Shown piece by piece: positions 58,077-64,000 of a stretch of DNA of 64,000 nucleotides. Position numbers and translations under genes: made by a program. Below the pieces are notes generated by a model. It searched no databases. It was given only the letters and a program-made list of their open reading frames with translations, and was not told the origin of the DNA. The DNA is from Eledone cirrhosa. Taxonomy: Eukaryota. Position 1 is the first letter of the stretch, and every line of letters starts with the position of its first letter. The stretch covers positions 7,936,001 through 8,000,000 of the forward strand of contig OZ024748.1 in assembly GCA_964016885.1 (NCBI GenBank), written 5' to 3'.

Positions 58077-59695
58077 ATAATATTATTATAATATTATTAT
58101 TATTCACTCACAAATGCAATAATAATATAGGTATAATATATAATTGCAAGAAATGTCTGAGATAGGTGCCAAACTATAAATGCAATTTCTTTATGGAAAA
58201 GAAATTGCATATAAAATGGGTAAATTAAATTAGGTATACACAAGTGTATACTTGGGAAATTCAATTATTTGTTTTATGAATCTCAAAGACTCTACTTGAA
58301 AGTATCGGGGATTGATTTTTCTGAAAAGCTTCAGCTGGAAGCAATTTCTCCTTCTACAGAGGCAATGACTACTTTTGCTCTATGTGTTAAAATGAAGAAA
58401 TATTTCATATACAGTGATTGTAAAGATGACACAAAAATCAATACTAACATAACCAGGCTGTTAGTGAATGAGAGGTCAACCTACTGCCAATGATCATTCC
58501 TACTACATAACATATCTAATTCAAAATGAAAATTTCGGAATTGGTGATTTAGTTGATAATTATTCTCATGAAATATGCTCACATCCACTTAAATAATATG
58601 AGACGATGCTGTTTTCATTATAAATTTCATCAGAAGTTTCATTGATTCTAATGTTTTTGTCTATATATACTTCTTGAGATTCTAATTTTTTTTCTTCGGT
58701 GTGTAAGATACGTCCACATAGATGAGCTACTCTTCACCGCCATTGGTGTGACGGAGGGTCATTAGGTCTATCGAGTCTTTTAACATAATACCTTCCTATC
58801 CTGGCAACCCAACCTGGGTTTATCACACATCCTAACAGTAACCAGTCTCGGATCAACCCTTTTCACACCACTTGTAAAACCTATTGTAACATTTTAAAAG
58901 CATACTTTACACTTTTCAAAAGGAATCTCGTCTATAGAATTCCCTTCCAGCTACTTGGTTTTTTGACTACCACAATTTTCTCGAAAATTTAAAAGAAAAA
59001 TCAATCGTCATCTCTCCTTGAATTATGTTCTCCCTCTATCTTGTCATTTCTCCTTCTCGGTAACTTCTTGCATTTTAGTGGCTTCATTGCCTTGCTTGGG
59101 ATTATGTTCTCTGTCTTGTTCTTTTCAATTCTCAGCAACACCTTGCATTTTAGTGGCTTTATTGCCTTGATTGAAGTGAGTAAATCAGAACAACAACAAA
59201 ACACAAACTATTTTGTATTTCCTCACATTGAAACGACCAAAGTTTAGTTGGAGATGATCCAATTATTCTGTCCAATACTTTATAAATATTTGTATCGTCT
59301 GCCAATATTTCAGTCTTTGCTCTATACCTAATATATCATTATTATACTATATAACCCCATTCGAAATAGGATTTTGTATTTTACTAACATTGTAGGTAGA
59401 TATTCTGACATGATCTTGTCATGATGGTCATTCGTCAGGTTCGACGAAGAGTGCTCCAGTTTTTTTTTTTTATCAATGGAAAAATCTGTTTAAGAAATTA
59501 ATATGTTTCGTGTTTGTGAATTTCTGAGAAACATGTCCCCTTAATGTAATTCACAGGAAGATTCAGTGTGATATAAAAGAGTTGTTCCTTTGAATTAATG
59601 GTATATACCATTCGCCTAGCTTCCACACTATTTCCATCTACACAACTTCATTCATAAGACATGGATCGACCCGAAGTTCCGCAAATGACACAACC

Positions 59696-59975
59696 ATTGA
59701 TCGTGTTCACTACATGGTGATAGACGACATGTGGTTAACTATAAATCAAATAGCCAATGGTATTAGAATATCCCATGAAAGAGTTGAGAATATTCTGCAC
59801 AATGAACTTGGTATGATGAAGAATTCTGCTTGGTAGGTGCCACCTCTACTGAAACCCGATCAAAAACACACCAGGCTGATCACATCACGAGAAAATCTGA
59901 GATTGTTTGAGGCAGATCCAGCTGGTTTCCTTGAACATTTCCTAACCCAAGATGTGTGTTAGGTTAATCACTTTG
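59696..59975 (+). pseudogene. Mariner (Tc1/mariner) transposase relic
   Basis: IDRVHYMVIDD..TINQIA..ISHERVENILHNELGM..SAW*VPPLL..FLTQDVC*VNHF: HTH, WVPxxL and first catalytic Asp regions, with stops. Confidence 0.85.
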
Positions 59976-60822
59976 TTAAGAAATGCAGTTCACAGTCATA
60001 AGATCCTGGGTTCAATATCACCGCATTTCACTTGAGAAGAATGTTATTTAACATAACCTCAGCCTGACCCAAACTTAGTGAAAGAAACTGGGCAGACGGA
60101 CACTACGTAGAAGTCTGTCGGATGGAGTGTACCTGAAATTGAAAGGGTTCAGCCACTATTTAATGCTGAATTACCCACCAGAAAAACAATTATATTCAGG
60201 ATACACATATCTGTGGAATGCTCAGTTATTTACACAAGCAGACAACTCCTATGATTGAAAATTTGAAAGATTCATCGTCAAAACAGACGGAAGCTCATTC
60301 CATTCCAATCCACCCAGTTTATTAGCTGACGAATTATAAAATACTTAACGAATATATATATTGAATTGATGTGTTCACACGAGCACACAGTTCCTGTTAT
60401 TGAGAATTTGAAAGATTCATCGTCGAAAGCAACGGAAGTCCATTCCAACCAGTTTATTAGCTGACAAATTGTAATACATTGAATATATTTATTTCTTGAT
60501 TACCTCACTCTGTGCTGCTTCCTTTATGCAGAACAGTGTTACTGTTTGGTTCTAATCAAATAGATATATTAGACGTTTCTATAATAATCAGTGTGGATAA
60601 TAAGATTAAAACAGAAGATATTCCTACATTGTCAAATCTAAATATCTGTGTAAAATCTGTAAGTCTGTTACAATAAGATCAGGAATTAAACTTTCTTTCT
60701 GATAAGTATATGGTAAATATAATAAAATCCGAGATTATTGGATAAACCACCTCTGTGATCCGGATTTGTTTTCCTTGGAGGATACTGTTAAGACGTTTAT
60801 TTTAAGTTGATTTCTAGTTTTG

Positions 60823-60885
<63 letters not shown>

Positions 60886-61023
60886 GAGGTTATATTTAAT
60901 TTGTTGGTATTCAACAAGCTTAAAAATTTGTATAACTGATATAAAGCACTCAACGAATTAGTGGAGTAAATATACAATATATTAACAAATGGAAACTGTA
61001 TTTATAAAACCATATTTATTTTA

Positions 61024-61078
61024 TTATACATATTTCAAGGGCCACCAAGGCAAATTATGGTGCGCTTTCATCAGATAA
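61024..61078 (-). ncRNA. Hammerhead-like motif, homologue of 5821-5874
   Basis: TTAT-CTGATGA-AAG..CACCA-loop-TGGTG..CTT-GAAA-TATG-TA-TAA. Confidence 0.55.
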
Positions 61079-61327
61079 AATACAATACAGATTAGTTTTA
61101 TAAATAAATATTGACATACCCTGAAAAAAAGACAACCTTAACGGTTGGAGCTTCCTGGAAGCTCCAACCGTTAAGGTTGTCTTTTAAGGTTGTCTACAGA
61201 ATTAGCCGTCGAAACGGCTTGAGCTCAGCCGTCGGGGTCTTACTTACATATATATATATATATATATATATCATCATCACCGTTTTACGTCCGTTCTTCC
61301 ACGCTAGCATGGGTTAGACGGGTTGTC

Positions 61328-61397
<70 letters not shown>

Positions 61398-61400
<3 letters not shown>

Positions 61401-62108
61401 TGGAAAAAATGAAACGAAATTTCATTTTTCACTCTTAGTATGGCTGTTACTTAAATATAAGTATGTATACGTACATACATATATGTATACAGACGTACAG
61501 TAGAATGTATATATGTACATACATGCACACATATATATATATATATGTACGTATGGATTTACCGAACATTTATTATAATGCCTGGTTTGTTTGTAAGCAA
61601 ACATCCCGAATTAAGCCGTACAGTGTTTAGCAACCATCGTTGCCCTTTTGTTCAACACTGACAAAGGAACGATGTACTAGTTTCAAGCTTATTAGCTATC
61701 GTCAGCACCGTATACCTTCCTGCAAGATGATTGAACGTCTGAAAGTATATACTTTCCTCGTGCATATTAACGGCTGAGCAGCCTAATTTGCATATCGAGT
61801 GAGTTAATCGGCCGGGCGCACCGAAAACGATAAATGGAAAAAAATGAAACGAAATTTCAATTCTCACTCTTAGTACGGCTTGAAACTAGTTCATTGTTCC
61901 TTTGTCAGTGTTGAACAAAAGAGCAACGATGGTTGCTAAACACTGTACGGCTTAATTCGGGATGTTAGTTTACAAACAAACCGAGCATTATAATAAATGT
62001 TCGGTAAATCCATACGTACATATATATATGTGTGTGCATGTATGTATATATATACATACTACTGTACGTCTGTATACATATATGTATGTACCTATACATA
62101 CTTATATA
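61398..62108 (-). mobile_element. Non-coding hammerhead-bearing element (~435-bp unit, partial tandem plus inverted copy) in (TA)n
   Basis: Direct repeat 61398-61445 ~ 61831-61880; inverted repeat 61455-61688 vs 61878-62108; related fragment at 2608-2772. Confidence 0.7.
61670..61710 (-). ncRNA. Minimal type I hammerhead ribozyme motif
   Basis: CGGTG-CTGACGA-T-AGCT-AATA-AGCT-T-GAAA-CTAG-TA-CATCG; palindromic CTAG loop. Confidence 0.78.
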
Positions 62109-62111
62109 TAA

Positions 62112-62168
<57 letters not shown>

Positions 62169-62199
62169 CCTATACATACTTATATATAAATATATATAT

Positions 62200-62264
<65 letters not shown>

Positions 62265-62268
62265 ATAT

Positions 62269-62350
<82 letters not shown>

Positions 62351-62358
62351 ATATATAT

Positions 62359-62423
<65 letters not shown>

Positions 62424-62629
62424 TTGTGTAAAGAGTTAATTAATCCAGGTGGGAGAGTTATTTGACCATAAGAAATAATTAATCCAACAGACTTAGTACC
62501 AAACGTAGACAGAATTAATTCAGGGTAACGTAAACCGTTTTACTGTAAGTCGTCTGCGGCACAGACATTGAGACTAAGACTGGAGATTACGTCTCCTGTC
62601 TGTCAACTCCTCTATATGTGTGTGTGTGT

Positions 62630-64000
62630 GTGACACCTCACACCTATGTATGTGTGTGACAGCTCACACCTATGTGTGTGTGAGACAGCTCACACCTATG
62701 TGTGTGTGAGACAGCTCACACCTTTGTGTGTGTGTGACAGCTCACACATATGTGTGTGTGAGACAGTTCACACCTATGTGTGTGTGTGTGAGAGACAGCT
62801 CACACCTATGTGTGTGTGAGACAGTTCACACCTTTGTGTGTGTGAGAGACAGCTCACACCTATGTGTGTGTGAGAGACAGCTCACACCTTTGTGTGTGTG
62901 AGACAGTTCACACCTATGTGTGTGTGTGAGACAGCTCACACCTATGTGTGTGTGAGAGACAGCTCACACCTATGTGTGTGTGAGAGACAGCTCACACCTA
63001 TGTGTGTCTGTGTGACAGCTCACACCTTTGTGTGTGTGTGTGTGTGACAGCTCACACCTATGTGTGTGTGTGTGTGAGACAGCTCACACCTTTGTGTGTG
63101 TGAGAGACAGCTCACACCTTTGTGTGTGTGAGAGACAGCTCACACCTATGTGTGTGTGAGAGACAGCTCACACCTATGTGTGTGACACCTCACACCTATG
63201 TGTATGTGTGACAGCTCACACCTATGTGTATGTGTGTGTGTGACAGCTCACACCTATGTGTGTGTGAGACAGCTCACACCTTTGTGTGTGTGTGACAGCT
63301 CACACCTATGTGTATGTGTGACAGCTCACACCTATGTGTGTGTGAGACAGCTCACACCTTTGTGTGTGTGTGACAGCTCACACCTATGTGTGTGTGTGTG
63401 TGTGTGACAGCTCACACCTATGTGTGTGTGTGAGACAGCTCACACCTTTGTGTGTGTGAGAGACAGCTCACACCTATGTGTGTGTGAGACAGCTCACACC
63501 TTTGTGTGTGTGTGTGTGTGACAGCTCACACCTATGTGTGTATGTGTGACAGCTCACACCTTTGTGTGTGTGTGTGTGTGACAGCTCACACCTATGTGTG
63601 TATGTGTGACAGCTCATACCTTTGTGTGTGTGTGACAGCTCACACCTATGTGTGTGTGAGACACAGCTCACACCTATGTGTGTGTGAGACAGCTCACACC
63701 TTTGTGTGTGTGTGACAGCTCACACCTATGTGTGTGTGTGTGTGTGACAGCTCACACCTATGTGTGTGTGTGAGACAGCTCACACCTATGTGTGTGTGTG
63801 TGTGTGACAGCTCACACCTATGTGTGTGTGAGACAGCTCACACTTATGTGTGTATGTGTGACAGCTCACACCTATGTGTGTGTGAGAGAAAGCTCACACC
63901 TATGTGTGTGTGAGACAGCTCACACCTATGTGTGTGTGAGACACAGCTCACACCTTTGTGTGTGTGTGACAGCTCACACCTATGTGTGTGTGAGACACAG
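62630..64000. repeat. Compound minisatellite GACAGCTCACACCTWT(GT)n, runs off the window
   Basis: Constant core separated by variable (GT)n/(GA)n. Confidence 0.95.

Noticed and set aside
58500-58920. Possible highly decayed Penelope RT on the minus strand (FYKW..G, IYVDV)
   Set aside because: Too degenerate to support without an HMM search
60504-60551. Exon-like segment (ag...GAG|gtaatc) as the next upstream PDE exon
   Set aside because: Translation NQTVTLFCIKEAAQSE does not resemble the expected GAF-B sequence
62630-64000. CRISPR-like constant repeat with variable spacers
   Set aside because: The spacers are only (GT)n/(GA)n length variants; eukaryotic context and no cas genes

Overview
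Eukaryotic, very AT-rich, microsatellite-dense DNA. The SINE/LINE content suggests an octopod cephalopod, but that is inference. Almost all ORFs in the six-frame track are artefacts of (TA)n/(CA)n or minisatellite repeats. The main gene is a spliced PDE11A-like cyclic-nucleotide phosphodiesterase on the minus strand. Eleven GT-AG exons (57252 down to the stop at 28050) join in frame into 378 aa: the end of GAF-B, the full catalytic domain and a C-terminal ETGV. Its 5' exons lie beyond the window. A second, unidentified minus-strand gene is suggested by a hydrophobic exon at 6920-7006. Mobile DNA includes a 5'-truncated Penelope-like element (RT + GIY-YIG), a Tx1/L1 3' end, RTE and R4-like relics, a mariner relic, many tRNA-derived SINEs and several MITE families. 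The most striking non-coding signal is about a dozen minimal type I hammerhead-ribozyme motifs, several showing base-pair covariation between copies. They sit in short non-coding, often fold-back elements embedded in (TA)n tracts, which suggests a diverse population of retrozyme-like or non-autonomous Penelope-type elements. All coordinates were read by eye; repeat and element boundaries are approximate.
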